Positions 11,238-20,843 of a DNA stretch of 64,000 bases are shown here, in pieces. Where the stretch lies: the NCBI GenBank assembly GCA_965248265.1, contig CBDFJF010000001.1:416001-480000 (forward strand), given 5' to 3'. This DNA is from Candidatus Latescibacterota bacterium (GTDB taxonomy: Bacteria; Latescibacterota; UBA2968; UBA8231). The position numbers were made by a program, and so were the translations under genes. Under the pieces are notes generated by a model that was not told the DNA's origin, did not search any database, and worked only from the letters and a program-made list of their open reading frames with translations. Positions within the stretch are counted from its first letter, which is position 1, and every line of letters begins with the position of its first letter.

Positions 11238-12539
11238 GTGACTCCATCGATCAAGTTAGGGATTCAGCGAACCCCTTGCGAGAATTTCCAGCCTGAGCGA
11301 TCATTAATGGGGCCTAATTACCCGTCCGGCATGTCTTTAGGGCCCCCAGGCGACAGGATCGCCGTGAGGACAGTCGGCAAGGGAGGGAATACCATCGACG
11401 CATCGCCCCAGACCAAAATCACATTTTCCAATCGTGGTGATTTCAGAAGAGTTCTAGCCCAGCGTGTAGAAGAATACTTCAGAGACCGCAATCTCAAGAC
11501 AACCGGCAACTGGCGGATGTACCTGAAAACGGCTCTCATCCTGATCTGGATGCCGGTTTCCTACGTACTGCTCGTATTCTACGCCGATACTCTGCTCACT
11601 GCCGTCATAGCCGCCTTTGCGCTGGCCCAGGGGTTCATTCTCGTGGGCCTCAACATCATGCACGACGGCAATCACGGCAGCTTTTCGAGCAGTAAGAAAA
11701 TCAACTCGATCATGGGATTTACGCTCGATCTGGCCGGCGGCAGCAACCTGATCTGGCGTCAAAAGCACAACATTATTCATCACACCTACACGAACATCGA
11801 CGGGGTGGATGAGGATCTGCACACGTCAGGTATCCTGCGACTGAGCCCGAACCAGCAGAAACGTCGCTGGCATCGTTTTCAGCATGTCTACGCCGTGCTG
11901 GCGTACGGCTTCCTGACGCTCACCTGGGTCTTAACCAACGACGTTCGAAAGCTCGTGGCCGGGCGCATCTTGGATTATCGCTTACCGCGGGCCTCGCGGT
12001 CTGATCTGGCGGTGCTGTTTCTGGGCAAAGCGATCTACCTCGGCTACATGATCGTCCTGCCGTTGTTCTTCCATCCCTTTCTTTACGTCGTCATCGCCTT
12101 CATCGGCATGCACATTGTGCAGGGTGTCACCCTGTCCCTGGTATTTCAACTGGCTCACGCGATGGGAGAAAACGAATTCCCGGAGCCGGAGCCAGCAAGC
12201 CGATCGATTGAAAACGAATGGGCCGTACACCAGGTCGAAACAACGGCCAATTTTGCGGGGAGCAACAAGCTGGCCACCCTGTACCTGGGCGGCCTGAATT
12301 TCCAGATTGAGCATCACCTCTTTCCCAAAGTCTGCCATGTTCACTATCCGGCGATCGGCAAGATCGTGAAGGAAACGTGCGCGGAGTTTTCGTTACCCTA
12401 CATCACTTATCCCTCGGTAACCTCTGCGATTGCCGCCCATTTTCGCTTTCTGCGGGCGATGGGGATGAGTCAGTTGGCCCCAGCCGTTCCTGCTCGAGGG
12501 CAGGACGTGGTATCACGAGTCCAAAGGAACGAGCATTAA
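11238..12539 (+). CDS. Membrane acyl-CoA/fatty acid desaturase (start uncertain; see findings)
   Basis: Three His boxes HDGNH, HNIIHH, QIEHHLFP. Confidence 0.9.
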   Translation: MTPSIKLGIQRTPCENFQPERSLMGPNYPSGMSLGPPGDRIAVRTVGKGGNTIDASPQTKITFSNRGDFRRVLAQRVEEYFRDRNLKTTGNWRMYLKTALILIWMPVSYVLLVFYADTLLTAVIAAFALAQGFILVGLNIMHDGNHGSFSSSKKINSIMGFTLDLAGGSNLIWRQKHNIIHHTYTNIDGVDEDLHTSGILRLSPNQQKRRWHRFQHVYAVLAYGFLTLTWVLTNDVRKLVAGRILDYRLPRASRSDLAVLFLGKAIYLGYMIVLPLFFHPFLYVVIAFIGMHIVQGVTLSLVFQLAHAMGENEFPEPEPASRSIENEWAVHQVETTANFAGSNKLATLYLGGLNFQIEHHLFPKVCHVHYPAIGKIVKETCAEFSLPYITYPSVTSAIAAHFRFLRAMGMSQLAPAVPARGQDVVSRVQRNEH

Positions 12540-12809
12540 TTGAGAATATGCGTACGGAATCTTCCGTCGGATGCGACTGACGAAGACCTGCGAATCCTGT
12601 TCGAGTTGTTCGGGAAGGTATCTTCGGTGCAGGTCAGAGGCTTGCAGGGACAAGGTTTCGTTGAGATGCCGAGTAAGAGTGCCGCTCGCGATGCCATCGC
12701 TGGGCTCGACAACCAGAACCTGCTTGGCTCCGATATCGAGGTACTCGAAATGCAGGAACGGCGTGGCGGACCGCCGAAGGGTAAACCGCGCCGCCGCCGC
12801 CGCCGCTAA
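12540..12809 (+). CDS. RRM RNA-binding protein
   Basis: ICVRNLP (RNP2), GFVEM (RNP1), Arg-rich tail; TTG start. Confidence 0.85.
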   Translation: MRICVRNLPSDATDEDLRILFELFGKVSSVQVRGLQGQGFVEMPSKSAARDAIAGLDNQNLLGSDIEVLEMQERRGGPPKGKPRRRRRR

Positions 12810-12814
12810 GCCCG

Positions 12815-14746
12815 CTACGGCAGGGCGAAGGCCATGATGCCCGCCGCACCTCCGGCATCGGGAGAGTTGGTCGGAATCGCGATAAACTGCCGTCCATTCA
12901 CTGAATACGTTATCGGGTTTCCTGTCGCGTTGCCGGGCATTGGCAAGCGATCGAGCAGGCGCCCATCCTCCAGATCATAGGCCCACAGATAGCGCTCGGC
13001 ATCGACGTCGAAGGAGTGTCCACCGCCGCGCAGCCATTGAGCGTGCTCGGCGGTGACCAGCAGCGACGTCGGCGTGGCCAGCACGAAGAACCGTCCGCCC
13101 GACCCAAGTGGCGGCAGCGGGCCGAGTGATTTCAGTGCGGGATGGTTCACGGGTCCGGTGCCGGTCGGTACCATCCACATGTGATCCCCCGAGTTCAGGT
13201 CGATGGCGGTGATTCTGCTGTAGGGCGGCTGCATCAATGGCAAGCCTTCGGGGCCATGCAGGGTTTCGTTCCGTTCGGCGAAATAGGTAGTGGTGGAGGA
13301 GTGAGCACCGGTTTCGCCAAGTTGAATCACATCCGGCTTGGTGTGGGATGGGATGTAGAGCCAGCCGGTACCCGCATCGATGGCGCCGCCCGTCCAGTCG
13401 CCTCCACCGACTCCACCAGGCAATGCTACAACCCCTCGTTGCGAGGGAGGGGTGTAGATGACTCCATGGTCGTACTGGGAGATGATCTCCAATGCCTGCT
13501 GCCGCAGAGCGGGGGTGAAATCGATGAGATCCTCTACCATCAGGCCCTGACGGTCGAAGGGGAGAGGGCGTGTCGGGAAGGGTTGGGTGGGCGAGACCTG
13601 TTCGCCCGGAGTCGTCGACGCCGGCACGGGTCGCTCTTGCAGTGGCCACACCGGATCACCGGTGATGCGGTCAAAGACGAAGCAAAAGGCCTGCTTGGTA
13701 ATCTGTGCTACCGCCTTGATGGGCCGTCCGTCAACGACGAGATCAACCAGGATCGGTGGCGCGGGCAGGTCGTAATCCCAGACATCGTGGTGGGTCAGCT
13801 GCTGGTGCCAGATCCGCTGGCCGGTGGCGGCATTCAGGCACACCAGGGACGAGGCAAACAGGTTGTCCCCGGGACGCTCGCCACCGTAATAGACGTTGTT
13901 GGGTCCACCGAAAGGGACGTAGACATATCCCAGCTCCTGATCCGAGCTGATGACGGCCCAGGCGTTGGCACGGCGGCCTCGTGCGAGGGAGTCTTTCTCC
14001 CACGTGTGTGCGCCGAATTCACCTGCTCGGGGTACCGAGTGGAAGGTCCACAGCTGCTCTCCCGTATGCACGTCAAATCCCCTGACATCCCCCGGCGGAG
14101 CAGCCTCGGATGTATGACTATCACCCACCGATGAGCCGACGACGACAACGTCGCGGCAGATCGTCGGCGGCGAATTGAGACTGTACTCGAAACGCTCTAC
14201 AGGAACGTCGAGCCCGTCAGTGAGATCGACACGTCCGGCGATTCCGAATGTTGAATCTGGCAAGCCGGATTTGGCATCGAGGGCGTAGAGGAAGGCGCTG
14301 GCGGTACCGAATAGGATACGGTCGTTACCCTCGCCATCCGACCAATATGCCACTCCCCGATGGGTACTGAAGTGATTGCGTTCCTTCCACGCTTCAGGAT
14401 CAAAACTCCACAACTGTTCACCCGTGGTTGCGTCGAGGGCGGCGACCATGCTCAAGGGGGTGCTGGTGTACAGGATGTCGTCAACGACGAGAGGTGTAGC
14501 GCGGTTGAATATGGGATACAGGCGCAGGTCGTCGCGCTCGAGAATGACTGCATCCGGAGAGCGCCATTGCCAGGCCAGCTCCAGTCGCGACAGGTTAGTG
14601 CCGTCTATCTGACGCAGCCGTGAGTATCTCGTGCTGGCTGGGTCAGCGCCGTAGTAGGCCCAATCGTGGGAGCCGGTCTGTGCGTTTGTAAGGTTGGGCG
14701 GCAGGCACAGGCATGCAACTATCGCGGCTGTGCAGGTAGATTTCAA
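12815..14746 (-). CDS. Secreted PQQ-dependent glucose/quinate dehydrogenase-like beta-propeller protein
   Basis: Signal peptide, WAYYG..STRYS, HHDVWDYD, PYSRITAIDL, PITYSVNGRQFI. Confidence 0.9.
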   Translation of the reverse strand: MKSTCTAAIVACLCLPPNLTNAQTGSHDWAYYGADPASTRYSRLRQIDGTNLSRLELAWQWRSPDAVILERDDLRLYPIFNRATPLVVDDILYTSTPLSMVAALDATTGEQLWSFDPEAWKERNHFSTHRGVAYWSDGEGNDRILFGTASAFLYALDAKSGLPDSTFGIAGRVDLTDGLDVPVERFEYSLNSPPTICRDVVVVGSSVGDSHTSEAAPPGDVRGFDVHTGEQLWTFHSVPRAGEFGAHTWEKDSLARGRRANAWAVISSDQELGYVYVPFGGPNNVYYGGERPGDNLFASSLVCLNAATGQRIWHQQLTHHDVWDYDLPAPPILVDLVVDGRPIKAVAQITKQAFCFVFDRITGDPVWPLQERPVPASTTPGEQVSPTQPFPTRPLPFDRQGLMVEDLIDFTPALRQQALEIISQYDHGVIYTPPSQRGVVALPGGVGGGDWTGGAIDAGTGWLYIPSHTKPDVIQLGETGAHSSTTTYFAERNETLHGPEGLPLMQPPYSRITAIDLNSGDHMWMVPTGTGPVNHPALKSLGPLPPLGSGGRFFVLATPTSLLVTAEHAQWLRGGGHSFDVDAERYLWAYDLEDGRLLDRLPMPGNATGNPITYSVNGRQFIAIPTNSPDAGGAAGIMAFALP

Positions 14747-14753
14747 CGTCAGC

Positions 14754-15434
14754 TCAGGAGGGACCGACCGCCCTGATAGCCAAGAGCATGTCGCCTACGT
14801 ACAACGATTTGATGGCGAACGAGTGAGACTGGAGCAGGCGGGCCATGCCACGCTGGTCCATGTATCGCTTGAACACCTTGAACTTGCGGCCGTCCTTGAT
14901 AACCCGCTCCTCGACACTCTCCTGCTTGCGGTACTTGCTACGGCGCGAATTCCACAGGCTGTCGATGACCATCAGCTCGCCGCCGGGTTGCAGGATCTGC
15001 TTCAGCCGCTCGAAGAAGCCGATTTCCTGGTCGCGGCTGAGGTGGCTGAGCAGGATACTGACAAAAGCCCGGTCGAACACGTCGGTTCCCAGGTCGATGT
15101 CGAAGAAATCGGCGTGTATGAACTTGGGAGGCTTGAGGTTCTGGTCTTTGATTCTGGTTTGCGCCTGACTCAGCATGTTGGCCGACTGATCCAGGCAAGT
15201 GATCTCGTCGCATTTCGAGGCATAGAACGGGGTCCAGTAGGCCGTGCCGCAGGCGATGTCGATCAGGTGTTTGCCACCGAAGTCGGAGACCGCCTCACCG
15301 ATTTGGGCGAAATCCTTGACGTACATGCCGCCATAATGCTGGATGGCTGGCCCCTTGCCCGCGTAGATGTCGTCGTACTCCTCCGCGCGCTCGTCAAAAT
15401 AGAGCAGCATGTCCTTTTGGATGCTGGCATTCAT
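14754..15434 (-). CDS. Class I SAM-dependent methyltransferase
   Basis: DIACGTAYW, LDQSANML, LQPGG. Confidence 0.85.
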   Translation of the reverse strand: MNASIQKDMLLYFDERAEEYDDIYAGKGPAIQHYGGMYVKDFAQIGEAVSDFGGKHLIDIACGTAYWTPFYASKCDEITCLDQSANMLSQAQTRIKDQNLKPPKFIHADFFDIDLGTDVFDRAFVSILLSHLSRDQEIGFFERLKQILQPGGELMVIDSLWNSRRSKYRKQESVEERVIKDGRKFKVFKRYMDQRGMARLLQSHSFAIKSLYVGDMLLAIRAVGPS

Positions 15435-15607
15435 TCGCTGCCTCTATGGTGATCACACTGCAAGGCCGTCTTGTCGCGCAATAGCTGCCTTTGGGGCAGA
15501 AGGACAGCGAAGCGTCTTGGGCCGGTGTAAAGTACACCGACAAGCCGAGATATCAAAGCGGAGTTTGTGCCGCGGGGGTCTCTGAGCTTTGATCTGAAGG
15601 TCGTCTT

Positions 15608-17113
15608 ATGCGTATCGTTGCCAGGATGACTAGCCGTTCACAACTCGTCGTTGGACTTGATCTCGGCACCGCCGGGATTCGCGCGGTCGCCGTAAACGAG
15701 CGCGGAGTGGTTGTGGCGCGCTGGGGTACCGCGCTGGAGCTCAGAACGCAGAGCCTGGCGGCGGGAAGGCACGAGCAGGATCCCGAGGCCTGGTGGAAGG
15801 CCACGATGGAAACGCTGGCCGGGTTGAGCCAGGAGTTGAAGGGCTGCGGATACCACGGCGATGCGATCGTCGCTCTATGCGTCGACGGAACTTCCGGGAC
15901 GCTGGTCTGCACAGGCTCGCAGGGCCAGGCGCTGAGGCCGGCGATCATGCACAATGACCAACGGGCCTTAGAAGAGGCGCAAGCGCTGCGTTCCAGCGCC
16001 GCCTCCACCAGCAGCAAGCTGGGTTACCGCATGGCGCCTTCCTTCGCGGCGGCGAAAATCCTGTGGTTGCAGCGGCACGAGCCCAGCATCTTCGTAGCAA
16101 CCCGCTGGTTCGCCCACCAGGCTGACTTCATCAGTGGCCGCCTATGTGGCGAGTTCGGGGTTACCGACTACAGCAACGCACTCAAGACCGGCTTCGATCT
16201 TGTCGATGAGTGCTGGCCGACCTGGTGGGGGGACTTTGATGGCATCGAGGGGCGACTGCCACGTGTGGTCGCACCGGGCACTCAAATCGGCGTGTTGGAT
16301 GCGACCGTTGCCGATTCCCTGGGATTTCCCTCCGCGGCCGTGGTCAGCGGGGCTACGGATGGCACGGCAGCGTTTCTCGCTTCGGGTGCGTGTGAAGCCG
16401 GCGCTGACAACACAACCCTCGGCACGACTCTGGTTTTCAAGCGATTGTCACGTCAACTGGCGGCCGATGACGACGGCCTGGTGTACAGCCATAAATTGCC
16501 CGGTGGATTCTGGCTGCCAGGGGCTGCCAGCAACACCGGTGGCGAGTGGATCCAGCGGCACCACGGCGAAGCCGATCTGGGCCGGCTCGACCTCCAGAGC
16601 AGCGAGCAATTCCTACCCTGCGACCACGTTGCTTATCCGCTGGTCTCAGTGGGTGAACGCTTCCCGTTCCTGGCCGCGGATGCGCGAGGATTCTGCCATC
16701 CGGAAACGAGCGATCCGGTTGCGCGCTACGCGGCGAACCTGCAGGGGACTGCCTTCGTGGAGCGACTGTGCTACGAGGTTCTCGACCGGGCAACGGGTAC
16801 GGATGGTGGTGACATCTATGCCACGGGTGGAGCCAGCCGCAGCGACATCTGGCTGCAGCTGCGGGCGGATGTCACTGGTCGACGCATTCACCGGCCCGAT
16901 TGTGCGGAATCCGCTTTCGGCAGCGCGGTGATGGCAGCCTCGGCGGTGTGGCACGATGATGTGTGGTGCGCCGCTCGGGATATGGTTCACATCGAGTGTG
17001 CCTTCGAGCCAGACCGCTCACAATCCCAGGAGTATGAGGATCGCTTTCTGCGGTTCCGCGAGTTGATGGAAGAGCGTGGCTACATCCAACCAGTGCACGG
17101 AGTAAACCGATGA
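15608..17113 (+). CDS. FGGY-family carbohydrate kinase
   Basis: GLDLGT, EQDP, DGTSGT, TLGTT, TGGASRS..W.Q.RAD. Confidence 0.9.
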   Translation: MRIVARMTSRSQLVVGLDLGTAGIRAVAVNERGVVVARWGTALELRTQSLAAGRHEQDPEAWWKATMETLAGLSQELKGCGYHGDAIVALCVDGTSGTLVCTGSQGQALRPAIMHNDQRALEEAQALRSSAASTSSKLGYRMAPSFAAAKILWLQRHEPSIFVATRWFAHQADFISGRLCGEFGVTDYSNALKTGFDLVDECWPTWWGDFDGIEGRLPRVVAPGTQIGVLDATVADSLGFPSAAVVSGATDGTAAFLASGACEAGADNTTLGTTLVFKRLSRQLAADDDGLVYSHKLPGGFWLPGAASNTGGEWIQRHHGEADLGRLDLQSSEQFLPCDHVAYPLVSVGERFPFLAADARGFCHPETSDPVARYAANLQGTAFVERLCYEVLDRATGTDGGDIYATGGASRSDIWLQLRADVTGRRIHRPDCAESAFGSAVMAASAVWHDDVWCAARDMVHIECAFEPDRSQSQEYEDRFLRFRELMEERGYIQPVHGVNR

Positions 17114-17784
17114 CAGAGGCCGTAAAAACCCTGGAACAGCTGGTATCGACCGCCAACGAATTGAGCACAGCCGGACTCGTTGCCGGCGCCGGGGGCAATG
17201 TCAGTGCGCGCGAGGGAGCCGGGATGTGGATCTCGCCCAGCGGGTTCTCATTCGGTGACGCCAGGCCGGAAGACTATCCGTGTGTGGCAGTCGAAAGCGG
17301 CGAGATCACACGGGGAGCGCGGCGGCCATCCTCCGAGGTCCTCATGCATCTGGCCATCTACCGGCGACGGCCGGAGGTCGATGCGGTCATACACACGCAT
17401 CCGCGCTATACAATTGCACTCACAGCTGCCGGCCATGATTTGAAACCAATGTTTGCCGATTACTACGTGTATTTGGGGGGGCACGTGCCGCATCTTCCGT
17501 ATATCACGGTAACCACCCCGGAGCTGGCGGAGGCGGTCGGGGTCGAGTTCGAAGATCAACGCTGCGTCGGCGCCGTGCTTCGCAATCACGGTGCGATCAC
17601 CGTCGGAGCTTCGATCCGTGAGGCGCTCTTCCGGACGCTGGCGATGGAAGAGCAGGCCATGATCCAATGGCAGGCACTGCAGGTCGGCACGCCGACCTTT
17701 CTCTCCGATGAGGAATGCGCTCGCCTGGATCAGCTGGGCAGCGAAACCTACCGGCGCCAGCTTCTGGCGGCGATGCGCACGTAG
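17110..17784 (+). CDS. Class II aldolase/adducin family protein
   Basis: GGNVS, PSSE..MH, HTHP, LRNHG. Confidence 0.9.
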   Translation: MTEAVKTLEQLVSTANELSTAGLVAGAGGNVSAREGAGMWISPSGFSFGDARPEDYPCVAVESGEITRGARRPSSEVLMHLAIYRRRPEVDAVIHTHPRYTIALTAAGHDLKPMFADYYVYLGGHVPHLPYITVTTPELAEAVGVEFEDQRCVGAVLRNHGAITVGASIREALFRTLAMEEQAMIQWQALQVGTPTFLSDEECARLDQLGSETYRRQLLAAMRT

Positions 17785-17789
17785 GTGGC

Positions 17790-18500
17790 ATGCACATGGA
17801 AACGATGACTCCCCGCGCCGTCCTTTTCGACCTCGATGACACGCTGTACGGGTATGAACCATGCAATCAGGCGGGGTTGCGAGCGACATCGCGGCTGCTG
17901 GCGCAATTCGCGGCCGGTCTCACCTACGAGCGGTTCATGGCCGTGCACGACGAGGTGCGCGACCAACTGGCCGCCCAACTGGGTGGAACCGCAGCCAGTC
18001 ACAATCGAGCTCTGTTTTTCAACATGATGGTCGAGCGGGTCGCCTGCCAAACCAGCCTGGCCATCGATCTCTATGACCTCTACTGGCAGCAATTCCTTGA
18101 GTACGCACGCGGGGGCGCAGGGGCAGCAGTCAAGGTCCTCACCGAACTAACCGCACGCGGTTACCTGCTCGCTATCGTCTCCAACCATGTAGCGTTGCCC
18201 CAGTTGCGCAAGGTAAGAGCGCTGGGTTTGGAGCCTTACTTCAAGGCCATCGTGACCAGTGAAGAGGCGGGTGCGGAGAAGCCGGAGCCGCGAATCTTCG
18301 GGCAAGCTCTGGACCGGCTGGGAGTCAATGCCGGGGAAGCCGTCTTCATCGGGGACAATCCGGCCGGCGATATCCTCGGTGCTATCGGGGCCGGTATCGG
18401 CATGACTATTCTGACGGTGGAATACTCGGGGTCCGCGGTTTGCGAGGAAGCCGATCACACGGTGTCGAAACTCGGAGAAGTTCTGGAGATACTTCCCTGA
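17790..18500 (+). CDS. HAD-superfamily hydrolase
   Basis: FDLDDTL, VSN, EKP, IGDNPAGDI. Confidence 0.88.
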   Translation: MHMETMTPRAVLFDLDDTLYGYEPCNQAGLRATSRLLAQFAAGLTYERFMAVHDEVRDQLAAQLGGTAASHNRALFFNMMVERVACQTSLAIDLYDLYWQQFLEYARGGAGAAVKVLTELTARGYLLAIVSNHVALPQLRKVRALGLEPYFKAIVTSEEAGAEKPEPRIFGQALDRLGVNAGEAVFIGDNPAGDILGAIGAGIGMTILTVEYSGSAVCEEADHTVSKLGEVLEILP

Positions 18501-18521
18501 CGCGCGGTTTGCTGCACGGTC

Positions 18522-19553
18522 TCAAAAAACGCCGTCGCGAGACTGATATTTCGTTGGCTTGCCCAGGCTACATCCGCCCGTATCCACCCAGTGGGCGACC
18601 CAATCTGCCATCTGCATCAAGGGGGTCGGTGGGGTTCCCAGCAGCTTGAAAAGTTTGCTCGAGTCCCCGAGTAGGGCGGTCTCACTTTCGGTTCCCTCGA
18701 ACACCGGATCGACTCCCAGTCTGTTGCCCAGGGCGTGTGCGATTTCCCGTACGGAGATCACTTCTGGTCCGGTCATGTTGAGGACGGTCGCAGGATCGGT
18801 GGCCTTTGCCACGACGCGCGCGAGGTAAGCATTGGCGTCTCCCTGCCAGATCTGGTTGACATGCCCCATCGTGAGATCGATCGGGGTGTGCGTGACGATG
18901 TTGTGGGCGAGATCGTGGAGGATGCCGTAGCGCAACTCGGTGGCGTAGAACAGGCGAACGATGAGCAATTCAACGTTCAGGCGCTCCGCCATGTAGGTGG
19001 CCAGCCGTTCGCCTCCCAAACGAGACTGCGCGTATTCACCGACCGGATCCAGGATGCCGTCTTCGTCGGCGCCTCCTCCATCCACCGGGGTGTAGGCATA
19101 CACGTTGCCGGAGCTCACGTAGACGATTTTGGTGTCGCGGTAGCGCTCGACGACCCGGGGGGGCAGCAGGGCATTGGCGGCCCAGGTCAGCGTCTGGTTT
19201 CCGGTGGCACCGAATTTGAACCCCGCCATCAGGTAGACGCAGGCTGCGTCCGGCAGGGTTGTGAGGGCGGAGTCGTCGAGCAGGTCGGCCCTGATCGTGT
19301 CCACTCCAATGGCCTGCAGGTGCAGCTCTACGGCCGGTTCGCTGAACCGGGAAACCCCGATGACATGCCTGGCACCTGCCCTGATCAGCAGCTCGGCAAG
19401 GGTCGGCCCCATCTTGCCGGCCACGCCCAGGATGACGATGTCGCCGTCGATGGCGCTGACCGCGCTCTCCACCTCCGGGGTTGGCCTCGTCATGACTTCG
19501 ACGAGGGATTCCTCGGATTCGATCAATGAGGCCATGGGCTGTGGCCGTTTCAT
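18522..19553 (-). CDS. NAD-dependent epimerase/dehydratase
   Basis: LGVAGKMG, SSGNVY, EYAQSRLGGE. Confidence 0.85.
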   Translation of the reverse strand: MKRPQPMASLIESEESLVEVMTRPTPEVESAVSAIDGDIVILGVAGKMGPTLAELLIRAGARHVIGVSRFSEPAVELHLQAIGVDTIRADLLDDSALTTLPDAACVYLMAGFKFGATGNQTLTWAANALLPPRVVERYRDTKIVYVSSGNVYAYTPVDGGGADEDGILDPVGEYAQSRLGGERLATYMAERLNVELLIVRLFYATELRYGILHDLAHNIVTHTPIDLTMGHVNQIWQGDANAYLARVVAKATDPATVLNMTGPEVISVREIAHALGNRLGVDPVFEGTESETALLGDSSKLFKLLGTPPTPLMQMADWVAHWVDTGGCSLGKPTKYQSRDGVF

Positions 19554-20281
19554 GAAAGGTAGCCGAGCACGGTGTCGAAGGCTGCCAATTGCGCGGCGAT
19601 CCGCGTTTCCATCTCAACGCCACTCGGTGTTTCGAACATGACGGCATGGGCTGTGTGGTGGGCCAACACGTAAGTCAGTAATCCCTGCTGGCCCCAGGAT
19701 GGCTGTACGCAGAGAACGCCGGGTGAGACGGGATCGCTGTCCTCACTCTCCTCGCCGTCCGGATCGATCGGTATGATCGCACCGACTCGTTCAATGATGG
19801 CCGGGCCAACCCCGACCCCGCTCTCGCAGGTCTCGTACATATAAAAGCCGGAGGCCTCCCAATCTTCATGGAAGTCGACATGACAGTCGAAGCGCTCGCC
19901 CTTGAGCAGCTGCTTGATGATGCGGACCTCCTCTTCAACGTCCGCCTCGAATGACCGGTTGATATCGACTCCTCTGCTATTCTCTCGCGTGTTGCGCACG
20001 TATCCGGTCGGATTCACGCAGGGCACGACGACAAACTCGAAGCCGGGATAGGCCGGGTGAGCGGATTCAAAAAAACAAAGGACCGCTTCGATCCCGGCCG
20101 GCTCGTCGCCGTGGACGCCGCTGGTCACCAGCAGGCGTTGCGTCCTCGTCGACGAGGAATGCCGCACGAAGCGATGCACGGGCAGGTCTTCCACTGATCC
20201 AATGACGGTAACCTCGGAGTCGGCACGCTCGTCGAGGGTCGTGACACGATCGGTAATGCCGGAATAATCGCGGGAGGTCAT
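19550..20281 (-). CDS. M14 metallocarboxypeptidase / succinylglutamate desuccinylase-aspartoacylase family
   Basis: GVHGDEPAG, VNPTG, DINRSF, DFHED, FETP. Confidence 0.85.
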   Translation of the reverse strand: MTSRDYSGITDRVTTLDERADSEVTVIGSVEDLPVHRFVRHSSSTRTQRLLVTSGVHGDEPAGIEAVLCFFESAHPAYPGFEFVVVPCVNPTGYVRNTRENSRGVDINRSFEADVEEEVRIIKQLLKGERFDCHVDFHEDWEASGFYMYETCESGVGVGPAIIERVGAIIPIDPDGEESEDSDPVSPGVLCVQPSWGQQGLLTYVLAHHTAHAVMFETPSGVEMETRIAAQLAAFDTVLGYLS

Positions 20282-20640
20282 GAATCCTCGGCCGTCGGCA
20301 GTGGGACCTTGACGCCGTCGTCGTCGACGCGCACATAGGTGACTCCGGTCGAAAAGATCGGCTGCGAGTCATCCTCGTTGGCGTTGAACACGTTCACGGT
20401 ATACTGAACCGAACTGGTGCCTACCCGCGCCTGTTGTACCTGGAATCTGAGCACCGTGCCCTGCAGGACGCTCCGGCGGAATTCGACGTGATCGAGGGCG
20501 ACGGTAACCAGATTGCACCGGGGAAAGTCCAGGCTGGCGGCAATGTAGGCGTATTCATCGACCCACTGCAGCATGCGGCCGCCGAACAGGAATCCGTGGT
20601 GGTTCAGGTCCTCGGGCATTACCAGCTTGTAGTTTTCCAA
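20278..20640 (-). CDS. Hotdog-fold acyl-CoA thioesterase (YciA-like)
   Basis: PEDLNHHGFLFGG..L.W.DE, VGTSS. Confidence 0.88.
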   Translation of the reverse strand: MENYKLVMPEDLNHHGFLFGGRMLQWVDEYAYIAASLDFPRCNLVTVALDHVEFRRSVLQGTVLRFQVQQARVGTSSVQYTVNVFNANEDDSQPIFSTGVTYVRVDDDGVKVPLPTAEDS

Positions 20641-20843
20641 AGACGGCGTCTTGCGGTTTGTGAGGGAGGGAATGTGTTCGAGTTGCCGCGAATCAATGTG
20701 GCCAAAACCGGCGTTGTATTCAATAGATCGATTCGGCTACTCGATGTGGCTACTCGATTAAACCCGACTCGCTTGACCCACGGTCGCGGGCGCGGCAGTT
20801 TTCGCCAGACAAGTCAGTTACCCGCAAGCAAGAGAGGCAACAC

